A stretch of DNA of 62,451 nt, the filler included. It is 6 parts of 6 records of this genome, joined end to end, with 100 filler letters (N's around TTAATTAATTAA, not from the genome) between each part and the next. Parts side by side here need not be neighbours in the genome. Positions count along the whole stretch, not along the records: positions 44,986 to 56,206 come from DRR723986_6319; positions 56,307 to 62,451 come from DRR723986_6326; 4 more parts are not named here. One strand, written 5' to 3'. A model generated the notes under the pieces. The model did no database searches. It had not been told where the DNA came from and saw nothing but the letters and a program-made list of their open reading frames with translations. Below are positions 50,715 through 60,096 of this stretch, in pieces (the first letter of the stretch is position 1; each line of letters starts with the position of its first letter). The position numbers and the translations under genes were made by a program.

Positions 50715-51143
50715 TCAGGGCTCGCCCACCAGGCCCGCCGCCTCGGCCCCGGCCAGCGCCGCGGCCTCGTCATTGTCCGATGTGTCACCCGTCACGCCCA
50801 CGGCACCAATCACCGCACCACGCTTGTCACGCAGCAGCACACCGCCCGGAACCGGCACCACAGCACCGCCAAAAACACCGTTCACCGCAGCCATGAAATA
50901 GGCCTGCGCCTCGGCCCGGTCGCGCTGCGCGCGCCCCGCCATACCCAGCATCACCGCGCCATAGGCCTTGCCATGGGCAATGCCAAACCGGCCCGGGCTG
51001 GCCCCATCGGCGCGTTCAAAGGCCAGCACATGCCCGCCCGCATCCAGCACCACCACGCTCAGCGGCTTCATGCCCGCCGCCGCCCCATGTTCCATCGCCT
51101 TACGAATAATCGTGCGCGCCCGGCGCAAACTGATCTCTGCCAT
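50715..51143 (-). CDS. glcG: GlcG/HbpS family heme-binding protein
   Basis: 'VVLDAGGH', 'IAHGKA', 'PGGV', 'GAVGVTG..SDND'. Downstream of glcB. Confidence 0.85.
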   Translation of the reverse strand: MAEISLRRARTIIRKAMEHGAAAGMKPLSVVVLDAGGHVLAFERADGASPGRFGIAHGKAYGAVMLGMAGRAQRDRAEAQAYFMAAVNGVFGGAVVPVPGGVLLRDKRGAVIGAVGVTGDTSDNDEAAALAGAEAAGLVGEP

Positions 51144-51222
51144 CGCTTTGCCTTTCATCTTGCCAAAAATACTCAAAAAGCGCCAAGGGGGCCCGCCGAG
51201 CCCCCCTGATCTTTGCTGCCAA

Positions 51223-53367
51223 TCAGCCCGCCGCTTTCAGCTGCAGGCGGCGCGCATGCAGCACCGGCTCGGTATAGCCCGAGGGCTGCACCCGCCCCTC
51301 AAACACAAGATCGCATGCGGCCTGAAAGGCGATCCCGTCAAAGCCCGGCGCCATCGGGCGATAGGCCGGATCACCGGCGTTTTGCCCATCAACGACCGCG
51401 GCCATTTTCTTCATCGCCTCCATCACCTGATCGTGGCTGACCACGCCGTGATGCAGCCAATTAGCGATATGCTGGCTGGAAATCCGGCAGGTGGCACGGT
51501 CTTCCATCAGGCCCACATTGTTGATGTCGGGCACTTTCGAGCAGCCAACACCCTGATCGATCCAGCGCACCACATAGCCCAAGATCCCTTGCGCGTTGTT
51601 TTCCACCTCGCGCAGGATCTGGTCTTGGGGCCATTGGCGATAGCTGGCCAGGGGAATATCGAGCAGCGCATCCAGATGGGCGCGCCGGCCACCGGCCTTT
51701 AGCTTGTCTTGCACCGCAAACACATTCACCTTGTGATAATGCAGCGCGTGCAGCGTAGCGGCTGTGGGGCTGGGCACCCAGGCGCAGTTGGCGCCGGCTT
51801 TGGGGTGCTCGATTTTTTGCTCTAGCATCTCGGCCATGGCATCGGGCTTGGCCCACATGCCTTTGCCAATCTGTGCACGCCCCTGCAGCCCGCATTCCAG
51901 GCCGATATCCACATTCAGGTTCTCATAGGCGCCGATCCATGTCTTGCGCTTGATGAAGTCTTTGCGGCTAAAGGGGCCTGCCTCCATGCTGGTGTGAATT
52001 TCATCGCCCGTGCGATCCAGAAAGCCGGTGTTGATGAAACACACCCGATCTGCTGCCGCGCGGATGCATTCTTTCAGGTTGGCGCTGGTGCGGCGCTCTT
52101 CGTCCATGATGCCCAGCTTGACGGTATTGGCGGGCAGGCCCAGCGTGGCCTCGACATGGGCGAAAATCTCGCTGGCAAAGGCCACTTCTTCGGGGCCATG
52201 CATTTTGGGCTTTACCACATAGACCGACCCGGTGACCGAGTTGCCGCCCGAGCGCTGCAAATCATGCATGGCGATCAGCGTCGTCACCATAGCATCCATC
52301 AAGCCCTCGTAAATTTCGCCGCCATCGCGGGTCAGGATGGCCGGGTTGGTCATCAAGTGGCCCACATTGCGCACCAGCATCAGCGCGCGGCCCTTCAGCA
52401 CCACCTCACCCGCGCCATCGGGGGCGGTGTAGCGGCGATCATCGGCCAGGCGGCGGGTCATCGGCTTGCCGCCCTTTTCAAAGGTTTCTTCCAGATCGCC
52501 CTTCATCAGCCCCAGCCAATTGCCGTAGGCGGCAACCTTGTCTTCGGCATCCACACAGGCCACCGAATCTTCGCAATCCATAATCGCCGACAGCGCGCTT
52601 TCCATCTGCACATCAGCCAGCCCCGCCTGATCGCGGCTACCGATGGGGTGGGTGCGGTCAAAAACCAGCTCGACATGCAGGCCGTTGTTGCACAACACCA
52701 CCGCATCGGGCGCCTTGGGGTGGCCGCGGTAGCCCACAAATTGGCCAGGCTGCATCAGCGGCATATCATCCACCAACAGCTGCCCGCCCTCTACGTGATA
52801 GCGCCGCGCATCTGCGTGGCTGACACCATCGGCGGGGAAGGTTTCATCCAAAAACACCCGCGCGCGCGCCACCACCCGGGCGCCGCGGCCCTTGTCATAG
52901 CCACCGGGCTTGGGCAGGCCGCCCATGACATCGGTGCCATAAAACACGTCATACAAACTGCCCCAGCGCGCGTTGGCCGCGTTCAGCGCAAAGCGGGCGT
53001 TGGTGATGGGCACCACCAGCTGCGGGCCGGCCACCTTGGCGATTTCCGGATCGACATTCTGCGTGCCCACCTCAAAGGGCGCCCCTTCGGGCACCAGATA
53101 GCCAATCTCGGCCAAAAACGCGCGATAGGCTTTGGGGTCGGGCACAGTGCCACGATTGGCCACATGCCAGGCGTCGATCTGTTCCTGAATGGCTGCGCGT
53201 TTATCTAGCAGTGCCTTGTTTTTAGGTCCAAAATCATGGGCCAATGCTGAAAGCCCTGCCCAAAACGCATCGGCTGTCACGCCGGTGCCCGGCAGCGCTT
53301 TTTCTTCGATGAAATTTGCCAATTCGGCGGCCACTGCAAGGCCGCCCCGGTCTACACGCGTTGTCAT
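51223..53367 (-). CDS. glcB: Malate synthase G
   Basis: '[11 protein letters not shown]', 'DCEDSV', 'RNVGH', 'KPKMHGPEE', '[12 protein letters not shown]', 'MEDRAT.RISSQ'. Confidence 0.97.
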   Translation of the reverse strand: MTTRVDRGGLAVAAELANFIEEKALPGTGVTADAFWAGLSALAHDFGPKNKALLDKRAAIQEQIDAWHVANRGTVPDPKAYRAFLAEIGYLVPEGAPFEVGTQNVDPEIAKVAGPQLVVPITNARFALNAANARWGSLYDVFYGTDVMGGLPKPGGYDKGRGARVVARARVFLDETFPADGVSHADARRYHVEGGQLLVDDMPLMQPGQFVGYRGHPKAPDAVVLCNNGLHVELVFDRTHPIGSRDQAGLADVQMESALSAIMDCEDSVACVDAEDKVAAYGNWLGLMKGDLEETFEKGGKPMTRRLADDRRYTAPDGAGEVVLKGRALMLVRNVGHLMTNPAILTRDGGEIYEGLMDAMVTTLIAMHDLQRSGGNSVTGSVYVVKPKMHGPEEVAFASEIFAHVEATLGLPANTVKLGIMDEERRTSANLKECIRAAADRVCFINTGFLDRTGDEIHTSMEAGPFSRKDFIKRKTWIGAYENLNVDIGLECGLQGRAQIGKGMWAKPDAMAEMLEQKIEHPKAGANCAWVPSPTAATLHALHYHKVNVFAVQDKLKAGGRRAHLDALLDIPLASYRQWPQDQILREVENNAQGILGYVVRWIDQGVGCSKVPDINNVGLMEDRATCRISSQHIANWLHHGVVSHDQVMEAMKKMAAVVDGQNAGDPAYRPMAPGFDGIAFQAACDLVFEGRVQPSGYTEPVLHARRLQLKAAG

Positions 53368-53432
53368 GGAACCCTCCGCTCGCTGCGATTATGGAGATGA
53401 TTATGCCGAAAGTTTCCTATAGGCAACAGGGG

Positions 53433-53451
53433 TGGTAATATTTATTTACCA
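53433..53451. promoter_or_regulatory. Palindromic operator upstream of glcB (GntR/FadR-type)
   Basis: TGGTAA-TATTTAT-TTACCA, 66-84 nt upstream of the glcB start. Confidence 0.55.
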
Positions 53452-53468
53452 ATTATCGCGAAGTTCTT

Positions 53469-53657
53469 TCAATTTTTTCCAGAAAATGTGCCCGATTGAC
53501 TGGCCTTCGGCGCTAATCGGCGGCGCTCGGCGCGGCAGCGATCCGAGCAATAGCGCACCTCGTCCCAAACCTTTTTCCACTTTTTCCGCCAGGCAAAAGG
53601 CCGCCCACAAGTGGCACAGGTTTTTTGCGGCAGATCTGCCTTGCGTCGCATGGCCAT
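53469..53657 (-). CDS. DUF2256 small Cys-rich protein
   Basis: 'LP.K.C..CGRPF.WRKKW...WDEVRYCS.RCR'. Confidence 0.88.
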   Translation of the reverse strand: MAMRRKADLPQKTCATCGRPFAWRKKWKKVWDEVRYCSDRCRAERRRLAPKASQSGTFSGKN

Positions 53658-55201
53658 CAGAATTCGAACCTTCCCTGTCGGTCGTCGCCCGCCCCGGCCC
53701 CGCGCCCCAGATAGCGCCGATCGCGTTGAAAGCGGCGCGCGCTATCTTTGCGGCTGGCGTGGCGGATCACCAAAGCGTGGGCGGTTTGCGCAAATTCGGC
53801 GTCCTGGCGCAGGCCCCACACCTGCGCGCGGGCAAAGGCCGCGGCGCGGCGCACATCGACCACCGGGCGGGGGTAACGCCCCTCTATCAGCTGTGCCGCC
53901 TTAGGCCAAAGCCATGGCTCGTGCAGCCAATCGCGGGGCACATCGGCCAGTTCCGGCAGCCATTGGCGGATGAATTTGCCCTCTGGGTCTTGGTCGTAGC
54001 CCTGTTTGATGGGGTTATAGATGCGGATCGTGTTCATCCCCGTGGTGCCAGATTGCATTTGCACCTGCGGCCAGTGGATGCCCGGCTCGTAATCGGTGAA
54101 AAGCCGCGCCAATATTGGGCCGGTGGCGCGCCAATCCAGCCACAGATGATACGAGGCCACCGCCATCACCATGCTGCGGGCGCGAAAATTCAGCCAGCCT
54201 GTGGCCCGCAACGCGCGCATGCAGGCATCAACAAAGGGCAGCCCGGTTTCGCCCATGGCCCAGGCGCGCAGCAGCGTGGCCGGCGGCTGCGCCGGGCGCA
54301 ACCCCTCGTAGGCGGGGTGCAGGCAGCGCGCCTCGATCTGGGGGGCGTCTTCCAGTTTTTGCATAAAGTGATCGCGCCAGGCCAAGCGCGCGCGAAACGA
54401 TTTCACCGCCGCCCCCCAATCGCGCTGGCCGCGCACCTGCGCTGCGCGCGTGGCGGCGGCCTGTTCAACCTCGCGCGCCGACAAGGTGCCAAAGGCCAAA
54501 TGCGGTGACAGGCGCGAGCACGCCCGCCAGCCCGTCACCGGCGAGGCCATCGCGGCCCGGTACTCGCGCCCGCGACTGTGCAAGAATGTCTCCAGCAATT
54601 CTAGCCCCACGGCGCGCCCCCCCTGTTGGCGCTGCGGCGTGTGCCCGCGCAGGCCCAATTCGGCCGCAGTGGGCAGGCCATCGCTGGCAGGCACGGCGCT
54701 GGGGGGGCGCAGCCCCTGCGGCAGGCCTGGCGGCGCCAATATGGCCTGCGCCATGAACTGATCGCGCCGGGCCGCCCAGCCATCGCGCGCAGCCAGCCGG
54801 CGCACCACGCCTGATTGCACCATTTCATGCCACACCACCCCTGCGCCCCGCGCCCATGCCCCCACGTGCCTGTCGCGGCGAAAGGTGAATAGATTGCCGG
54901 TTTCTTGGTGGCTGACCAGCACCGCGGCGCCCAGATCGTGATGCAGCTGCGCCAAAACCGGCACCGCCGCGCCCACCCGCACCACCAATGGCAGGCCCAA
55001 CGCCGCCAATTGGCCCCGCAGGTCGTGCAAACACTCGGATAAAAAGGCATATTGGCGCTCTGACGCATCAGGCTGCGCCCAAAGCGCGGGCTCGACAATA
55101 TACACCGGGCACACGGGGCCCTGGGCTGCGGCAAAGCACAGCGCCGGGTTATCAACCACCCGCAAATCTCGTTTCAGCCAATAGATAACAGCGCTGCCCA
55201 T
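53657..55201 (-). CDS. Photolyase/cryptochrome family FAD-binding protein
   Basis: Start MGSAVIYWLKRDLR..DN, 'SRLSPHLAFG', 'GETG.PFVDACMR.L..TGWLNFR.R', 'DYEPG'. Confidence 0.9.
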   Translation of the reverse strand: MGSAVIYWLKRDLRVVDNPALCFAAAQGPVCPVYIVEPALWAQPDASERQYAFLSECLHDLRGQLAALGLPLVVRVGAAVPVLAQLHHDLGAAVLVSHQETGNLFTFRRDRHVGAWARGAGVVWHEMVQSGVVRRLAARDGWAARRDQFMAQAILAPPGLPQGLRPPSAVPASDGLPTAAELGLRGHTPQRQQGGRAVGLELLETFLHSRGREYRAAMASPVTGWRACSRLSPHLAFGTLSAREVEQAAATRAAQVRGQRDWGAAVKSFRARLAWRDHFMQKLEDAPQIEARCLHPAYEGLRPAQPPATLLRAWAMGETGLPFVDACMRALRATGWLNFRARSMVMAVASYHLWLDWRATGPILARLFTDYEPGIHWPQVQMQSGTTGMNTIRIYNPIKQGYDQDPEGKFIRQWLPELADVPRDWLHEPWLWPKAAQLIEGRYPRPVVDVRRAAAFARAQVWGLRQDAEFAQTAHALVIRHASRKDSARRFQRDRRYLGRGAGAGDDRQGRFEF

Positions 55202-55336
55202 GCGCGCCCAGCTAGGCCGCTTGCGCAAAAAGAAAAGAGCGCCTTGCTGCCACCCAAGGCCCGGATTAGGTTTTGCGCAGACCAACCGCTTGCACCGGAA
55301 TTTGCCCCGAAACCCGCACTGATAAGGAGCCACCCC

Positions 55337-56206
55337 ATGGGCCAGCAAACCACCCAAACCGTTTATCTGGCCGATTACACCCCGCCTGCGTTTTTGGTGG
55401 ATAAGGTCGGTTTGCATTTCGTGCTGCAGCCCCGCGCCACGCGGGTTAAAAGCCGCATAGAATTTCGCCCAAACCCCGACAGCACGGATGGGCAGTTTTT
55501 CTTGCATGGCGAAAACCTGCGCCTGATCAGCGCGCATATCGATGGCCAGCCCATCACCCCCAGCCTGTGCGATGGCGGGCTGACATGCGCCGTGCCCAAC
55601 GCCCCCTTTCTGTGGGAGGCCGAGGTAGAGATCGCCCCGATAGACAACACCGCCCTTGAGGGGCTTTATATGTCGCAGGGCATGTATTGCACCCAATGCG
55701 AGGCGCAAGGCTTTCGCAAAATCACCTATTACCCCGACCGCCCCGATGTGATGGCCCCGTTCAGCGTGCGCATCGAAAGCGATGCACCGGTGATGTTGTC
55801 TAATGGCAACCCAGGCGCGCAGGGGCCGGGCTGGGCCGAATGGCACGATCCTTGGCCAAAGCCTGCCTATCTGTTTGCGCTGGTGGCGGGCGATCTGGTG
55901 GCCCATCCCGACCGTTTCACCACGAAATCCGGGCGCGATGTGGCGCTCAATATCTGGGTGCGCCCGGGCGACGAGGATAAATGCGCCTTTGGCATGCAAG
56001 CGCTGAAAGCATCGATGGCCTGGGATGAAACCCGCTATGGCCGCGAATATGATCTGGATGTGTTCAACATTGTTGCGGTGGATGATTTCAACATGGGTGC
56101 GATGGAAAACAAGGGGCTGAATATTTTCAACTCGTCCTGCGTGCTGGCCCGCCCCGATACCAGCACCGATGCCAATTTCGAGCGGATCGAGGCGATCATC
56201 GCGCAT
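55337..56206 (+). CDS. pepN: Aminopeptidase N, 3'-truncated
   Basis: 'CTQCEAQGFR.IT', 'KP.YLFALVAG', 'FNMGAMENKGLNIFN'. RBS AAGGAG. Confidence 0.95.
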
Positions 56207-56306
56207 NNNNNNNNNNNNNNNNNNNNNNNNNNNNNNNNNNNNNNNNNNNNTTAATTAATTAANNNNNNNNNNNNNNNNNNNNNNNNNNNNNNNNNNNNNN
56301 NNNNNN
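56207..56306. other. Artificial contig spacer
   Basis: N44-TTAATTAATTAA-N44. Confidence 0.99.
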
Positions 56307-58265
56307 GCCGATGCGGGGCTGGGGCTGGTGGTGCAGGAGATGGCCCTAGGGCTGGGGCGCGAGGGCGGTGAAAACGGCTCGGGGGTGATACAGCTGGTCA
56401 ACAGCAAAACCGGCGCGCAACAGATCACCGGGCGCTATTTGCGCCAAAGCCAGGGCCGTGATGCGCTGGAGCGCGACCGCGAAGCGGCGTTTTTGGAACG
56501 CGACCCGCGTGGGCCCAGCCTGCAAGAGCTGGCGCCAGAGGCGTTTGATCGGCTGATTTCGATCACGGGCAAAATGCGCCAGCGGCTGCGCGAAGAAATG
56601 CAGGCGGAATTCACCATCGAGAATGGCGAAGTGCATATTTTGGATGGGGTGCGGGTGGCGCGCTCGGGGCGGGCGGCGGTGCGGATTGCGGTGCGGTTGG
56701 CCGAAGATGGCATTATCTCGCGCGAGGAAGCCTTGATGCGGGTCGAGCCGCGGGCGTTGAACGAATTGCTGCACCGTCAGGTCGACCCAGAGGCGCGGCG
56801 CGATGTGGTGGCGCGTGGGGTGGCGGCCAGCCCCGGGGCTGCGGCGGGGCGCATTGTGTTTTCGGCGGCGGCTGCGCAGGCCAGTGCCGCGCGCGGCGAG
56901 CCTTGCGTTTTGGTGCGGCGCGAAACTGCGCCCGAGGATATTCGCGGCATGCATGCGGCCGTGGCGGTATTGACCGAGCGTGGCGGCATGACCAGCCACG
57001 CGGCGGTGATCGGGCGCGGCATGGGCCTGCCTTGTGTGGTGGGCGCGCATGATTTGAAATTTCACACCAGCAAGCAGGCGTTGCTCACCCGGGATGGGCG
57101 CGAATTGCGGGCAGGCGATGTGATTACCGTTGATGGCACCAATGGCGAGGTTTTGGCAGGCGAGGCGCCCATGCTGGAGGCCGCCCAAGATGATGCGTTT
57201 CAAACGCTGATGGCCTGGGCCGATGCGGTGCGCGATATTGGCATTCGTGCCAATGCTGACACGCCTGCCGATGCGTTAACCGCGCGCAATTTTGCCGCCC
57301 AGGGCATTGGGCTGTGCCGCACCGAGCATATGTTTTTCGAGGCCGATCGCCTGACGGTGATGCGCGAGATGATTTTCGCCGATACCTCGAAAGACCGGGC
57401 TGCGGCGCTGGAGCGTTTGTTGCCGATGCAGCGCGCTGATTTTATCGAGCTGTTTCGCATCATGCAGGGCCAGCCTGTGTGCATCCGCCTGTTCGACCCG
57501 CCCTTGCACGAATTTTTGCCCTCGGACAGGGCGGGGCATCGCGAATTGGCCGAGGCGCTGGATTTGCCCCTGTCAGATGTCACTCGCCGGGTCGAGGCGC
57601 TGGTGGAATATAACCCGATGCTGGGCATGCGCGGGGTGCGGCTGGGCATAACTGTGCCCGAGATTTATGAAATGCAGGCGCGCGCCATTTTCGAGGCGAC
57701 AATCGCGGCCAGCCGTGATGGTGCGGCGGTGGTGCCCGAAATAATGATTCCGCTGGTATCGGCCAAGCGCGAAGTGGAAATGGTGAAAACTCGTATCGAT
57801 GCGGTAGCCGCGGCGGTGCGCACGGAAACTGGTCAAAGCTTTACCTACCGGATGGGGGTTATGGTTGAAACCCCACGCGCGGCGCTGCGGGCGGCAGAAA
57901 TTGCGCCGCATTGCGCGTTTTTGTCTTTTGGCACGAATGACCTGACGCAGATGACCTATGGCTTGTCACGCGATGATGCGGGGCGTTTTATGTCGGCCTA
58001 TGTGCAACAGGGGGTGTTTCCCGAAGATCCGTTTCACCGGCTTGATGCCGATGGGGTGGGCGAATTGCTAACCATCGGGGCCGAGCGCGGGCGCCGCGCG
58101 CGCCCGGATCTGGTGGTTTCTATCTGTGGTGAACATGGTGGCAACCCAGAATCAATTGCGTTTTGCCGGGCGGCGGGATTTGATTACGTGTCTTGCTCGC
58201 CTTTCCGCGTGCCGGTTGCGCGGCTTGCCGCCGCCCAATTGGCGGTGAAAGACAAAATAGGGTAG
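56307..58265 (+). CDS. ppdK: Pyruvate phosphate dikinase-like PEP-utilising protein (5'-truncated; degenerate ATP-grasp region)
   Basis: 'GGMTSHAAV', 'GIGLCRTEHMF', 'IRLFDPPLHEF', 'NPMLGMRG', 'FGTNDLTQ', 'ICGEHGG'. Confidence 0.85.
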   Translation, partial: ADAGLGLVVQEMALGLGREGGENGSGVIQLVNSKTGAQQITGRYLRQSQGRDALERDREAAFLERDPRGPSLQELAPEAFDRLISITGKMRQRLREEMQAEFTIENGEVHILDGVRVARSGRAAVRIAVRLAEDGIISREEALMRVEPRALNELLHRQVDPEARRDVVARGVAASPGAAAGRIVFSAAAAQASAARGEPCVLVRRETAPEDIRGMHAAVAVLTERGGMTSHAAVIGRGMGLPCVVGAHDLKFHTSKQALLTRDGRELRAGDVITVDGTNGEVLAGEAPMLEAAQDDAFQTLMAWADAVRDIGIRANADTPADALTARNFAAQGIGLCRTEHMFFEADRLTVMREMIFADTSKDRAAALERLLPMQRADFIELFRIMQGQPVCIRLFDPPLHEFLPSDRAGHRELAEALDLPLSDVTRRVEALVEYNPMLGMRGVRLGITVPEIYEMQARAIFEATIAASRDGAAVVPEIMIPLVSAKREVEMVKTRIDAVAAAVRTETGQSFTYRMGVMVETPRAALRAAEIAPHCAFLSFGTNDLTQMTYGLSRDDAGRFMSAYVQQGVFPEDPFHRLDADGVGELLTIGAERGRRARPDLVVSICGEHGGNPESIAFCRAAGFDYVSCSPFRVPVARLAAAQLAVKDKIG

Positions 58266-58410
58266 GGCCGCGCGGCGCGGCCCCAAGATCTGCTTGGCCG
58301 ATAGGGGGTATGCCCTATACGCATGGCTAAGGCGGCCTTTTGGGCTGGACCAAAGTTATATTTTCTGCATAAAAGTCCCGTTTTCGCCCAAAAGGCACGG
58401 AGGAAAACGC

Positions 58411-59031
58411 ATGAAACGGGTTTTTGCGCTGGTCTTGGCGCTGCTGGCGTTTGCGCCGGCCCAGGCCGAGCAGACTGTCCATGATGTTCTAAGCGTTGAA
58501 AAGCAACACATGATCCGCTTGCCCAGCGACCGGATCGATGCATTGATGAAACGCCCCAATGGCCAGGCGGCCGCCCCCTATACCCGGGCGTGGCTGGCCA
58601 ATTTGCCGCCGGTGAAATCGGGTGGCAAGCAATGGCAATGCTTGGCCGAGGCGCTGTATTTCGAGGCGCGTGGCGAAAGTGTGAAGGGCCAGTTTGCTGT
58701 GGCCGAGGTTATTTTGAACCGGGTCGATAGCCCCAATTTTCCCGATACTGTGTGCGATGTGGTGCATCAGGGAACCGGCCGGCGCCATGCGTGCCAGTTT
58801 AGCTATACCTGCGATGGCCTGGCGGAAACCATCAGCGAACCCAAAGCATACGAGCGCGCGGGCAAGGTGGCTAAATTGCTGCTAAACGGGGCCGAGCGCA
58901 GCCTGACCGATGGTGCAACGCATTACCATGCCGATTGGGTAAAGCCGCGTTGGGCAAAGAAATTTGCCGCCACCGTAAAGATTGGCCAGCATCATTTTTA
59001 TCGCCATCCGCGCGAGTTGTCGCAAAATTGA
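58411..59031 (+). CDS. Cell wall hydrolase, SleB (Hydrolase_2) family
   Basis: Signal peptide, 'CLAEALYFEARGE', 'VILNRV', 'CQFS', 'GATHYH', 'IG.H.FY'. RBS GGAGG. Confidence 0.92.
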   Translation: MKRVFALVLALLAFAPAQAEQTVHDVLSVEKQHMIRLPSDRIDALMKRPNGQAAAPYTRAWLANLPPVKSGGKQWQCLAEALYFEARGESVKGQFAVAEVILNRVDSPNFPDTVCDVVHQGTGRRHACQFSYTCDGLAETISEPKAYERAGKVAKLLLNGAERSLTDGATHYHADWVKPRWAKKFAATVKIGQHHFYRHPRELSQN

Positions 59032-59133
59032 CGTAGGCTTGCCGCAAATGGGGGGTGTGGTGCCGCCCGTGGCCCGGCATCTGGCATGGCGCAGCCTATT
59101 GTGCGTGCCAAAGCACATTGCTTGGGGGGCAAG

Positions 59134-60066
59134 ATGAGCCAAGAGATCAAATGGGCCTTTGCCCATCCGGCCGAGCGCGCTGCCGGCACCGCGGGCGATG
59201 GGCCGCTTGACCGTATTTCGCTGCGCGATCACGTGGTCGAGGTGGAAATCGGCGCCTTTCAGGCCGAACGCGGCACGACCCAGCGGATATGTTTCAACGT
59301 GGTGGTCGAGGTGACGCCGGTTGACAATATCCTTGAGGATGATGTCGACAGTATTCTCTCCTACGACCGTGTGACCGAGGCCATCGCCGCCGAACTAGCC
59401 GACGAGCGGCTGAACCTCTTGGAAACCTTGGCCGAACGCATTGCCGAGCGTATTTTGCTAGAACCACAGGCGGTGCGGGTTTTCGTGCGCATCGAAAAGC
59501 TAGATCGTGGCCCCGGCGCCTTGGGGGTTGAAATCGTGCGCGCGCGCAAACAGGCGGCCCCCCGCCGTATTGCCGCCGATAAGCCACACCCGCAGGTGGT
59601 GTATTTGTCGAATGCGGCCATTTCCTCGGCGCATCTGGGCCAGTGGCTGGATCAGCTAGAGCGTGAACAGCGCCCCACGATTTTATGCGTTGGCCCAGCC
59701 GATGTTGCGGGCCTTTCTGCGGGCCTCGATGCAGGCCATGCCATGGCGCAACGCCGGATCGATCTGCTGGCCATCGAGCAAAACGCATGGATGCTGGCCG
59801 CCCGCGACCCGCGCTGTGTGGTGGTGAATTCACGCACCGAGCTTGATTGGTCGATGCGCCATGACAAGATCAGCGTTTGGGCGCCCTCAAAACTGGTGCT
59901 GGATGCTGTTGATGGCCCGCCCGTGGGCCCGGTGGATGCGCTGGGGCTGGTGGTGTGGTTTGCCCGTTTCATGGAGGCGGCAGACCTGCTGATCATCGGT
60001 GAAAACCTGCCCGATGCGCCAGATTTGCCGCTGCGGGCGGTGGCGGCTGATGTGCGGGTGCTATAG
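59134..60066 (+). CDS. folB: Dihydroneopterin aldolase with long C-terminal extension
   Basis: 'IG....ER...Q', 'LSYD', 'LLETLAE.IA', 'IEK', 'GVEI.R'. Upstream of folP. Confidence 0.85.
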   Translation: MSQEIKWAFAHPAERAAGTAGDGPLDRISLRDHVVEVEIGAFQAERGTTQRICFNVVVEVTPVDNILEDDVDSILSYDRVTEAIAAELADERLNLLETLAERIAERILLEPQAVRVFVRIEKLDRGPGALGVEIVRARKQAAPRRIAADKPHPQVVYLSNAAISSAHLGQWLDQLEREQRPTILCVGPADVAGLSAGLDAGHAMAQRRIDLLAIEQNAWMLAARDPRCVVVNSRTELDWSMRHDKISVWAPSKLVLDAVDGPPVGPVDALGLVVWFARFMEAADLLIIGENLPDAPDLPLRAVAADVRVL

Positions 60067-60096
60067 GGCTGGCCCAGATTCACAACAGACAGATCT

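Noticed and set aside
53657-56206. 849-aa minus-strand ORF suggesting a large photolyase fusion
   Set aside because: The first ~335 codons are the antisense shadow of pepN. The real photolyase starts at 55201.
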